A stretch of DNA of 64,000 bases from Patescibacteria group bacterium (lineage in GTDB: Bacteria > Patescibacteriota > Microgenomatia > UBA1406 > HO2-37-13b), in contig DATDXN010000026.1 of the NCBI GenBank assembly GCA_035289305.1, forward strand, positions 8,731 to 72,730. The letters run 5' to 3'. The position numbers and the translations under genes are program-made. The notes under the pieces are model-generated. The model was given only the letters and a program-made list of their open reading frames with translations. It did not search any database and was not told where the DNA came from. How positions within the stretch are numbered: the first letter of the stretch is position 1; each line of letters opens with the position of its first letter. Shown here in pieces: positions 27,510 to 35,823 of the stretch.

Positions 27510-29759
27510 TTAGTTAATACTTAGGGAAAAGAATTGCACCGCAAGATTTCTGTGATCTGTATTGAGAGATGATACCATAAAAGGTCTAAAGCTTTTGCTG
27601 AACTCAAAAAAAACTTCATTTACTCCTTTTTTGACTTTGCCAGAAATGTCAACCGTAAAGCTTTCTTTTTTAGTTGAGATCTCTTGTGATGCCACATATT
27701 TCCGATTAATATATATTTTCACCTGTTGTCGCTCGTGGAAAGAAGCTGCATCAAGGTGCAGTGTATTTTTTTTCTCATTGTTTGTACTGAAAAAAACTTG
27801 AGCGGATCTACTCTCTGCCCAACGAAATCCTTTTTCCTGCGGTCCTATATTTTCGCCAATATATAGAAAATCCTCTGGAGAGCCGAATGTAACTGAATCA
27901 AAATTGTAAAATGGTAAGGTTCTTTCAAATAAAATATATCCTGCGTCTTGCATTTTTGATGAGAAATCGAGACGTTTTAAGAGTTCTGCGACAATAGGTG
28001 TATATTTCTCATCTTCCTTTAAAAGGATGTATTTAATACGCAAGAAATTAATTTCCTTTTCTACCAATTTGATCGACCTGGTAAATGGTCTCACTTTCGG
28101 CTCCCGGGGTTGTTGTTTATAGAGCACAAAATTACCCTTATCAATAATATCCGCTACATAACTGATAAACGGTAGATTATCGTAGTAATTGAAAATTGAG
28201 GACGGAACCCTCGACACATATCCACCGATAATCGGTTTACCATGAAATAATACTCCTATCATCGGAGAGATTGCGTGAACATATCCTCGATATTGGAGTC
28301 CATCACGAATTGCAAATGGTATCTCCAAAACGGTAGAGTCACTTTTGTCATTTTTTATGTACCGATACAGCTTCAATGGCAACGTATGAGATGGATGATT
28401 GGGGATTATATAAAATTGATCAATAAAAAAAACAGCAAAAACAATGAAAAAAAACATCCTTTTTGAAAGGAAATTTTTTTGAAGCACGTAGTCAAGAAAT
28501 GGGGCAACAACGAGAGAAGCAAAAAAAACAAACGGAGTGATGAATCGAGCGGGAACACTCACTACTTTTAAAAGCGGTATAAACTGGACAAGCAAAAAAG
28601 GAAGAGGAAAATAAACCTTAATTCCTTCATCGAGCATGATGAACCACCTATTAAAAATTTTCAAAAAAGGACCCAATGTCAAAACGAGAAAAAAGATGCT
28701 CATGAAAAAAGGCGCTTCCATCATAATCTTCGTTTTTTTTGGAAGTCTTTTCCGGAAAATAAGAATTAAAATATAACATACCACTATAATAATTCCCGGA
28801 TATGCAAAACGCTCCCAGTTATAGAAAAAAAAATGTGAAAGTTTGAGAAATGGGTTTGCTGCTCCACTCAATTTTTTAAAAAATGCGCCGTAGAGAGAAT
28901 TATATTCGCTCGGAATAATAAAGCTTAAAACATCAGCAGATAAAATAATTGATCTATATATACTTGTATCAGTAATAAAATTGCTATATTTTGCTGCTTT
29001 TTTTACTACAACAATCCATGGGAGTAAAGTAGTAATTGACCCTAAAGAAACAAGAAAAATAAAAAGAATAATTCTGCGCAGAGATTTTGTATGAAAACAC
29101 CTGAAGTACAAACAATAAAGTATATACACAAAAATACTCAACATAAAAAAAATAAAGTAATAGGGATTGGCAAAAAATAAAAGGGCGATGAAAACGCCAC
29201 TTGCGATCGAATAAATAATTTGCTTGGATATTTTTCCTTCACGTAAAGCCGTATGAAAAATTAAAAGCATGAGAGGAAAAAAATAGTGAGTTGTATAGGT
29301 ATAATGCCCCTGAATGCGATATGATACAAAAGGACTAAAGGCGAAAATCACCGCGACCAAACTGCTTACCAATTGACTTATATGAAACCTGCGGAGTAAC
29401 AGAAACATGAAAATACAAGCTAAAAATATATTTACGAATACAATAAGCACCGTTGCTTGATGAATGGAGAGAAAAGGACGGAAAAAAATTAAAAAAACAA
29501 GGTTGACTGCAGACGTATCGTTAAAAACACTATCTGTACTAAAAGGAAAAAAAAGTTTATCTGTTGACTCAAAAGGATTTTTGAGTTTGATCATCTTCTG
29601 ATAAGCGGTCTCTGTAAGAAACTCTGTTACTATGCCATCATTGATAGGTATCATTGATGAATCAGCTTTTACCACTTCTTTGAGAAGGTGAAAATTCAAG
29701 ATAACATTCAGTGTAAGAAAAAATGCAATAACAGCTAACAAGCGATATTTTTTTATCAT
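27510..29759 (-). CDS. family A giant polytopic membrane protein (A3)
   Basis: 749 aa with KLKNPFES, WERFAYPG, LGPFLKIF, VSVPARFITPF, EIPFAIRDGL and a C-terminal GPQEKGFRW module. First gene of the seven-gene minus-strand array. Confidence 0.6.
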   Translation of the reverse strand: MIKKYRLLAVIAFFLTLNVILNFHLLKEVVKADSSMIPINDGIVTEFLTETAYQKMIKLKNPFESTDKLFFPFSTDSVFNDTSAVNLVFLIFFRPFLSIHQATVLIVFVNIFLACIFMFLLLRRFHISQLVSSLVAVIFAFSPFVSYRIQGHYTYTTHYFFPLMLLIFHTALREGKISKQIIYSIASGVFIALLFFANPYYFIFFMLSIFVYILYCLYFRCFHTKSLRRIILFIFLVSLGSITTLLPWIVVVKKAAKYSNFITDTSIYRSIILSADVLSFIIPSEYNSLYGAFFKKLSGAANPFLKLSHFFFYNWERFAYPGIIIVVCYILILIFRKRLPKKTKIMMEAPFFMSIFFLVLTLGPFLKIFNRWFIMLDEGIKVYFPLPFLLVQFIPLLKVVSVPARFITPFVFFASLVVAPFLDYVLQKNFLSKRMFFFIVFAVFFIDQFYIIPNHPSHTLPLKLYRYIKNDKSDSTVLEIPFAIRDGLQYRGYVHAISPMIGVLFHGKPIIGGYVSRVPSSIFNYYDNLPFISYVADIIDKGNFVLYKQQPREPKVRPFTRSIKLVEKEINFLRIKYILLKEDEKYTPIVAELLKRLDFSSKMQDAGYILFERTLPFYNFDSVTFGSPEDFLYIGENIGPQEKGFRWAESRSAQVFFSTNNEKKNTLHLDAASFHERQQVKIYINRKYVASQEISTKKESFTVDISGKVKKGVNEVFFEFSKSFRPFMVSSLNTDHRNLAVQFFSLSIN

Positions 29760-29811
29760 ACGTACGGTATAATACTTATATAATTAACACTCATTATTAT
29801 AAACCACGAGC

Positions 29812-30798
29812 ATGAAAGAACCATCTTTTTTCAAGAAAATCATAAAAAAATATATACGACCGCTGTATCGACGCATTATCAACCGTCTGCTTAATGATCT
29901 CCATATCAATGAACATCAGCGACTTTTGCATCATATCGTCAACCAAGGGGATAAACTTAGCGAAAATCAACGCACTCTCAAAGAAAAAGTCAGCGTATTG
30001 AGCCTGCTTTTATCAGGCGTTTATGAATGGACATCTGATAACCATTTACTAAATGAGCAAACAACCGAAGTTTTATATGACATATTCTCCATACTTCATG
30101 CGCCGCCAAAATCTCCTATTGTTATTGCTCGTTTTTTACCTGCGCTTGAGGCAGTTTCATTTCAGAACAAAAGCGTCTGCTTAATCGGCAGAAACCAAAA
30201 CCTCTATTCAAAATACGTCAAAGATCGAGGAATACAATCGTTGCTTCGCATTGAAATGACTCCTTTTCTTTCTTCAAAAGAAACCCATCAAGAATGGCTT
30301 GGTGAAAAAACACACTATATATATCCAACACATATTGCTTCTTTTTCTTTTCCTCGTGTAGATTTTTTATTTATTCTTGATGAACATACAGCCTCGTTTC
30401 TCATCAAATATCACCTATTTCACTTGGGAGCAATGGTCAAGGAAGCAATCATCGTGATGCTTCCCGTGAAAATAAGTACTATTTTTTCTGATTGTAAAGA
30501 CCCGGCGTTTTTTTTAGATTCAAATCAGAGAATAAACTCGTTCAATGATAATTATATCCGCAGCCAACTCCATCTGGCGGGTTTTTTTCACGTTGAATGC
30601 ATCTATAGTGAAGGAAAAAATATCGCCGACAATTACTTTGACAAAAAAATTACTCATGTAAGCTATAAAAATGGATTCAGTGTCGTCAAAAAAAATCAGC
30701 AACCGAGAAAAAAAAACATACCCGATGATCGTATTTCTACAAAAATCTATGTAGCAAATAAACTACCGAGTTCACAAGTCATCAATCCTCATTCATGA
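29812..30798 (+). CDS. hypothetical protein (328 aa), no family recognised
   Basis: Uninterrupted ORF, first gene of a tightly packed plus-strand cassette. Its stop overlaps the next start by 4 nt. Confidence 0.45.
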   Translation: MKEPSFFKKIIKKYIRPLYRRIINRLLNDLHINEHQRLLHHIVNQGDKLSENQRTLKEKVSVLSLLLSGVYEWTSDNHLLNEQTTEVLYDIFSILHAPPKSPIVIARFLPALEAVSFQNKSVCLIGRNQNLYSKYVKDRGIQSLLRIEMTPFLSSKETHQEWLGEKTHYIYPTHIASFSFPRVDFLFILDEHTASFLIKYHLFHLGAMVKEAIIVMLPVKISTIFSDCKDPAFFLDSNQRINSFNDNYIRSQLHLAGFFHVECIYSEGKNIADNYFDKKITHVSYKNGFSVVKKNQQPRKKNIPDDRISTKIYVANKLPSSQVINPHS

Positions 30799-31730
30799 AA
30801 CAGACGATATTCTTGTTTTACGGATTCGGTTCGGAGTATGTGCTTCATGGTCTATATAAGGAAATGAAGAAACGAAAATACATATGTCTTGAAATAGATG
30901 TTCTTGCTGTCAAAGATTCCACCAAAATGATTCAAAATTTAAGAGGAAAGCAAGTTGTGTTTGTAACATCTGCACATTTTTTGTTGAATAAAAAAAACTT
31001 TACTGAATTTTATCCAAATAACAACATTTTTTACGGGGTGTTGGAAATCATACAACTCATAAAACCGATAAAATCTGTATATATACCTCATGATTTAACG
31101 CAACCGGTGATTGATAAAGAAATCGAATATCTCAATCAGTTCGACTTATTTCTGACGCCAACTGAATCGTTTAATTCAGTTTTTGCTGAATACTGCCGAA
31201 CTGAAGAAGTGGGCTGGATTAAACTTTCAGAACATATGAGGAAAATCCAATTCAATAACTCAAAGACCGCTATTTGGCTGTTATCAGATTACGTACTTTA
31301 CCTTAAAATGGGAAAAGAAGCCTCATTCAAAAAACTGCAACCTGTTTTGGATCAAGGGGTTTCGATTAAGTTCCCGTTTTGGATGGAGAGCGAATCATTT
31401 ACCCAGTATTTCAAAAACAAAGGGGTTGTGGTATATTCACCGCAGGCAAACTCGATTGAACTTATCATGAAACACCAGATCATCATCACCAACGGTCTCT
31501 CTTCTATCAATGCCGAAAGTTATCTTATGGGAAAAACTACGATCAACATCGAGGAAGGATCCCATTACGGAGATAGCAAAACATATCTTACAGAACTTTT
31601 GCCAGATATTATGTTCTATGAAAAAATCTCCGATTTTAAATTGGCAGATATACCAATTTTGAAAAAATCATGTATGCTAAAGCCGTTTAACATGAAAAAA
31701 ACAATCGAATTAATAATGCACACTTTATAA
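30795..31730 (+). CDS. hypothetical protein (311 aa); possibly a Rossmann-like transferase
   Basis: Alternating beta/alpha-looking N-terminus (TIFLFYGFGSEYVLHGL). The C-terminal IIITNGLSSINAESYLMGKTTI loosely resembles a GT-B donor-binding segment. This is a weak assignment. Confidence 0.4.
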   Translation: MKQTIFLFYGFGSEYVLHGLYKEMKKRKYICLEIDVLAVKDSTKMIQNLRGKQVVFVTSAHFLLNKKNFTEFYPNNNIFYGVLEIIQLIKPIKSVYIPHDLTQPVIDKEIEYLNQFDLFLTPTESFNSVFAEYCRTEEVGWIKLSEHMRKIQFNNSKTAIWLLSDYVLYLKMGKEASFKKLQPVLDQGVSIKFPFWMESESFTQYFKNKGVVVYSPQANSIELIMKHQIIITNGLSSINAESYLMGKTTINIEEGSHYGDSKTYLTELLPDIMFYEKISDFKLADIPILKKSCMLKPFNMKKTIELIMHTL

Positions 31731-31738
31731 TATATGAT

Positions 31739-32332
31739 ATGAACTATCATTTTGCTTTTGATCTTGATGGCACAATCACCAAAACTGAAATCTTGCCGGT
31801 GATCGCCAAAGATTTAGGGATAGGAAGGAAAATGGCTATTCTCACCAGAAAAACGATGAATGGAGAAATTCCTTTTGATGAGAGTTTTACTCGGCGCGTG
31901 GATATGTTGAAAAAAATACCAATTTCTCGAGTACAACAAATAATATCCACCATACCACTCAATCTCAAACTCGTCACTTTTCTGCGCAGCTATAAAAATA
32001 GATCTTATATTGTCACTCAAAATCTTGATGTCTGGATCAAGCCGCTTGTTGAGAGAATCGGCATCCCATATATATGTTCACATGCAAATTATGAGGGGGA
32101 CAAACTCAAGGGAATTCGTACAATTTTAAGAAAAAAAGAAATCCATGGTAAAATCAAGCACCCTGTCGTTGCCATAGGGGAGGGATATAATGATTTTGAG
32201 ATGATGCAAGATGCTGCTATCAGTATCGCTTACGGCGGCGTCCACAAACCAGCGCCATCTCTTTTGGAAATGGTTGATTACGCTATTTATGATGAAAAAA
32301 CCTTATGTCAATTTCTAAAACAATTGTTATAA
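31739..32332 (+). CDS. HAD-IB family phosphatase (phosphoserine-phosphatase-like)
   Basis: Motif I FAFDLDGTITKTE, a cap region, and motif IV GEGYNDFEMM. Confidence 0.75.
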   Translation: MNYHFAFDLDGTITKTEILPVIAKDLGIGRKMAILTRKTMNGEIPFDESFTRRVDMLKKIPISRVQQIISTIPLNLKLVTFLRSYKNRSYIVTQNLDVWIKPLVERIGIPYICSHANYEGDKLKGIRTILRKKEIHGKIKHPVVAIGEGYNDFEMMQDAAISIAYGGVHKPAPSLLEMVDYAIYDEKTLCQFLKQLL

Positions 32333-32952
32333 GCTGCGCGGGAGTAGGCTCAAGACTTGGTTTTGGGCATACAAAAGCTTTGCTCAAAATTGCGGGCAAA
32401 CCGCTTATCATTCACCATCTGGAAAGATTGCGCCAGTTTGACGACGTGCGTATCGTTGTCGGTTTTAATGCCAAAGATCTCATGGATGTAGTTCTTTCTT
32501 ATAGAAAAGATGTTATATTTGTTTTCAACCATAATTATTTGACCACCAGCACTTTACAGAGCCTGAATTCTGGCGTTGCGTTTGCGCAAGAATTTATTGT
32601 GTCATTGGATGGCGATCTTTTGGTTGCTCCCGATGACCTTGATGTGTTTCTTGAGGAAAAAAAGGAAGTGATGGGATATATCAAAGCTTACTCTGATGAA
32701 CCAGTCTATACTACGATAGAAAAACAGGGAGGAAAAAATTATGTCACCGGTTTTAACAGAAAAAGTGGTAACTATGAATGGACGGGGCTCATTCAAATAA
32801 AGAAAAATAAGATCACTAATCAAGGAAAATATGTATATAATGCGATCAAGAATCATTTGCCTTTTCGGGCAAAATACATCAATTGCCGAGAAATCGATAC
32901 TCCTGATGACTATAAAAAGGCATTAGCGTGGGCTAAAAATATCTTTAAATAA
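32305..32952 (+). CDS. nucleotidyltransferase (NTP_transferase fold; LicC/IspD/MobA-like)
   Basis: N-terminal glycine-rich loop IVISCAGVGSRLGFGHTKALL, and SLDGDLL as the metal/substrate acidic motif. 215 aa. Confidence 0.7.
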   Translation: MSISKTIVISCAGVGSRLGFGHTKALLKIAGKPLIIHHLERLRQFDDVRIVVGFNAKDLMDVVLSYRKDVIFVFNHNYLTTSTLQSLNSGVAFAQEFIVSLDGDLLVAPDDLDVFLEEKKEVMGYIKAYSDEPVYTTIEKQGGKNYVTGFNRKSGNYEWTGLIQIKKNKITNQGKYVYNAIKNHLPFRAKYINCREIDTPDDYKKALAWAKNIFK

Positions 32953-32958
32953 TAAACT

Positions 32959-33591
32959 ATGAATAGAAAAAAAATAGATCGTTTTTGGAAAGAAAGGACA
33001 AAAATCAAAGATCCCCGAGTAGCAACCCATTTCAAACATGACGATACTCATGTGTATGATCTTCGTTTAATCAAAAAATTAATAAAACCCGATACAGAGG
33101 TCTTAGATCTTGCCTGCGGCACCTGCTACATTTCTAATCAATTTGTAGATCAAGTCAGATATATAAAAGCCGTTGATAAATTTCCACAATTCCTGAAACG
33201 CTGTAAAAAAACTCCAAAAATGGAAACTGTAACCTGCGACATTCTTACTTTCACGGATCGTAAAAAGTACGACCTCATCTTGTTAATTGGTATTATGCTT
33301 TTTTTCGATTATCAGGATTCGGAAATTATTTATAGAAAATGCCATGCGCTTTTGAATAAGGGTGGAATTATGCTTGCGCGACATCAATGCGGAGTAAAAA
33401 AAGACGTCGTGGTGGATAAATATTCTCAAACTGTTGGTGGTAATTATTACGCTCAATACAAACACTTTGATAAAGAGCTTCAGATGCTTGAAAAAATCTT
33501 TAAGAAAGTCACTGTAGTAGATGTCTTACCCAAACACCTCAATCCGTGGCCAGATACCCATCATTATGCCTTTATCTGCAAAAAAACCTAA
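32959..33591 (+). CDS. class I SAM-dependent methyltransferase
   Basis: Motif I VLDLACGTCYIS and the post-I acidic AVDK. 210 aa. Confidence 0.75.
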   Translation: MNRKKIDRFWKERTKIKDPRVATHFKHDDTHVYDLRLIKKLIKPDTEVLDLACGTCYISNQFVDQVRYIKAVDKFPQFLKRCKKTPKMETVTCDILTFTDRKKYDLILLIGIMLFFDYQDSEIIYRKCHALLNKGGIMLARHQCGVKKDVVVDKYSQTVGGNYYAQYKHFDKELQMLEKIFKKVTVVDVLPKHLNPWPDTHHYAFICKKT

Positions 33592-34270
33592 AGCTGAAAA
33601 AGTTGTCGGAATTCTGGGTGGTATGGGACCTTTCGCCACAGCTGATTTTTTCAAGCAAGTCCTTACACTCACACCGGCTAAAAAAGATTGGGAACACCTG
33701 CACATTTTAATTGATAATAATGTCAAAATACCTAGTCGAACAAGGGCGGTTTTATATCATGAAAAAAGTCCGGTCCCCGCAATGATTAAAAGTATTAATA
33801 GACTTGCTCAAATTGGCGCAGATTTCGTCGTCGTTCCCTGCAATTCCGCTCACTATTTCTATGAAGAAGTTATTCCTTTCATAAAAATACCCTGGCTTAA
33901 TATGCTGAAAATCGCTTCAGAAACAATCTCTGTCAAAAAATTCAAAAAGCCTCTTGTTTTAGGTGGCTATATTACTACTAAAAATAGATTATACAGTCAA
34001 TACTTTCCAAAGGCTGTCTATTTATCTGATCTGGAAAATCAAATCATTACCGCATTTATTGAAGAAATTAAACTAACCTCAAACTTATCGCAGAAAGCGA
34101 AAAAAGAACTGGAAAAAATCATTCATCAAAAGCGAAGTTTTGTCGATTGTATACTTCTCGCCTGCAGTGAACTTTCAATTGCGTACAAAGAGGGACATAT
34201 CAACAAAATATCAACCGTAGATGTTGCTCTTGAATATGCTAGAGCAACAGTTAAGTTCGCTTTTCACTAA
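33566..34270 (+). CDS. aspartate/glutamate racemase family protein
   Basis: VVGILGGMGPFATADFF N-terminal motif and two catalytic-Cys contexts, VVPCNSAHYF and ILLACSELS. The start at ATG 33566 is preferred over 33521. Confidence 0.8.
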   Translation: MPLSAKKPKAEKVVGILGGMGPFATADFFKQVLTLTPAKKDWEHLHILIDNNVKIPSRTRAVLYHEKSPVPAMIKSINRLAQIGADFVVVPCNSAHYFYEEVIPFIKIPWLNMLKIASETISVKKFKKPLVLGGYITTKNRLYSQYFPKAVYLSDLENQIITAFIEEIKLTSNLSQKAKKELEKIIHQKRSFVDCILLACSELSIAYKEGHINKISTVDVALEYARATVKFAFH

Positions 34271-34275
34271 TCCTT

Positions 34276-35823
34276 ATGGTTAAAAGTATTAAAGAAAACT
34301 TTGCTTTAGTGGTGCTTCTATCGTGGGGGTTATTGGTGTTTATTTACTCATATTCTACGAATATCTATCGGCCTGGCGCTGAATCAAATCTTGGTTGGTA
34401 TCAAACGTGGGCTGATCAAAAGAGATATTATACGCAAACCCAAGCTTTTGCCAGTTTCAAAATTAATTCCGACACCTTTCAGTTTCCAATTTTATATCCT
34501 TTGTTGGGTGCGTTATTATTGCCAATCTTGCCTCAAGATCCATTTCTTGTCGTAAACGTCATCCTTTTTCTCGGAACATTGTCTTTAACTTATTTTGTGA
34601 TAAGCAAATCCTTTAGTAAAGAAAAAGGATTATACGGCATTATCGTATTGATTTCCATCAACCGCTTCGTTTACGACTTTGTAACTCCTTGGACAACTTC
34701 TTTGACCACGCCTTTATTTTTAGGATTATTTTCCATAACTCAATTTTACCGTTATACGTTAAAGAAATTGATCATTGCTACAGCATTAATCGGATTGGTC
34801 GGCTTGACCAGACCTCTCGACGTTTTATTTTGCTTACCTCTCCTTATTAGTTTTATCTTTAAGGGTCGACATAAAACCGTCAAAAATATCCTCACTGATT
34901 TCAGCCTGATCGCTTGTATTCTTCTCGGTTTTATTGCGATTTTTACCTTATTTAATCTTCTGGTCGCTGGCAATGTCCAAGGCCCTTATATAGAACGCAT
35001 CACAACCCGATTTAAACCCGATATTGCGCCTTTAGTTTTAATAGAAAAAACCTTCGGTTATTTTTTAAACCCATACATTTTTCACCGGCAAATTGAATAT
35101 TTTAGTACTCCTGTGGTCGTTGCCATTCCTATAGCTCTATTACTACTACTCAATGTGACTCGTGTATCGACTGGCACAATCATGATTAGCTTCCTTATCT
35201 GGTATCTTGTTTATATTCCCTATGATGTTCTATCTGCTTATACTTTAAAAAATCTCTCACTGCACTATCTGAAGCCTTGGTATCCGATCGGCGTTCTTTA
35301 TGTCTTTGCCGTCTTGAACAAAAGCCAAACTCCGCGTTTGATCAAACGTAAAACTTTACCGTGGTATGTAGCAAGCTTCATTTTTCTTATCATACTGCCT
35401 TTTGCCGCTCAAAAACTTGAACCTCGTCAATTAACAAAAACTGATTGGATGGTTAAAACTTCAACCAACGACCAATCCGCCAATAAAATAATTGATAATA
35501 ACAGCAATACGTTTTGGACCTCAAAAAGACCACGTAAGAGAGGAGATGTGATTGAGATTGATATGAAAAAAATTTTTATGGTCAGTCGGTTAAAACTTAT
35601 TGACGAAATACCCGATGCGGCAACCGATTTTGATACTTTGCTTTCTCCCGACAGGAAAGCATGGCATAAATTAGCTCGTAATTATAGCTATAACGTTCGT
35701 TTTGAAAATGGTTGGTACATCGTTGGTTATATGAAAAAAGCTCGCTATATTAAATTAATGCTTAATGAAGAATCACCAACTGACGCCTGGCGTATCAAGG
35801 AGATTGACGTCTTCGGTTATTAG
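34276..35823 (+). CDS. polytopic membrane protein (GT-C-like) fused to a C-terminal F5/8 type C (discoidin) carbohydrate-binding domain
   Basis: About 390 aa of TM segments are followed by DNNSNTFWTSKRPRKRGDVIEIDM...ARYIKLMLNEESPTDAWRIKEIDVFGY, the discoidin pattern (T.W.S...I.IDL...ARY..L...W.I.E..V.G). Confidence 0.6.
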   Translation: MVKSIKENFALVVLLSWGLLVFIYSYSTNIYRPGAESNLGWYQTWADQKRYYTQTQAFASFKINSDTFQFPILYPLLGALLLPILPQDPFLVVNVILFLGTLSLTYFVISKSFSKEKGLYGIIVLISINRFVYDFVTPWTTSLTTPLFLGLFSITQFYRYTLKKLIIATALIGLVGLTRPLDVLFCLPLLISFIFKGRHKTVKNILTDFSLIACILLGFIAIFTLFNLLVAGNVQGPYIERITTRFKPDIAPLVLIEKTFGYFLNPYIFHRQIEYFSTPVVVAIPIALLLLLNVTRVSTGTIMISFLIWYLVYIPYDVLSAYTLKNLSLHYLKPWYPIGVLYVFAVLNKSQTPRLIKRKTLPWYVASFIFLIILPFAAQKLEPRQLTKTDWMVKTSTNDQSANKIIDNNSNTFWTSKRPRKRGDVIEIDMKKIFMVSRLKLIDEIPDAATDFDTLLSPDRKAWHKLARNYSYNVRFENGWYIVGYMKKARYIKLMLNEESPTDAWRIKEIDVFGY

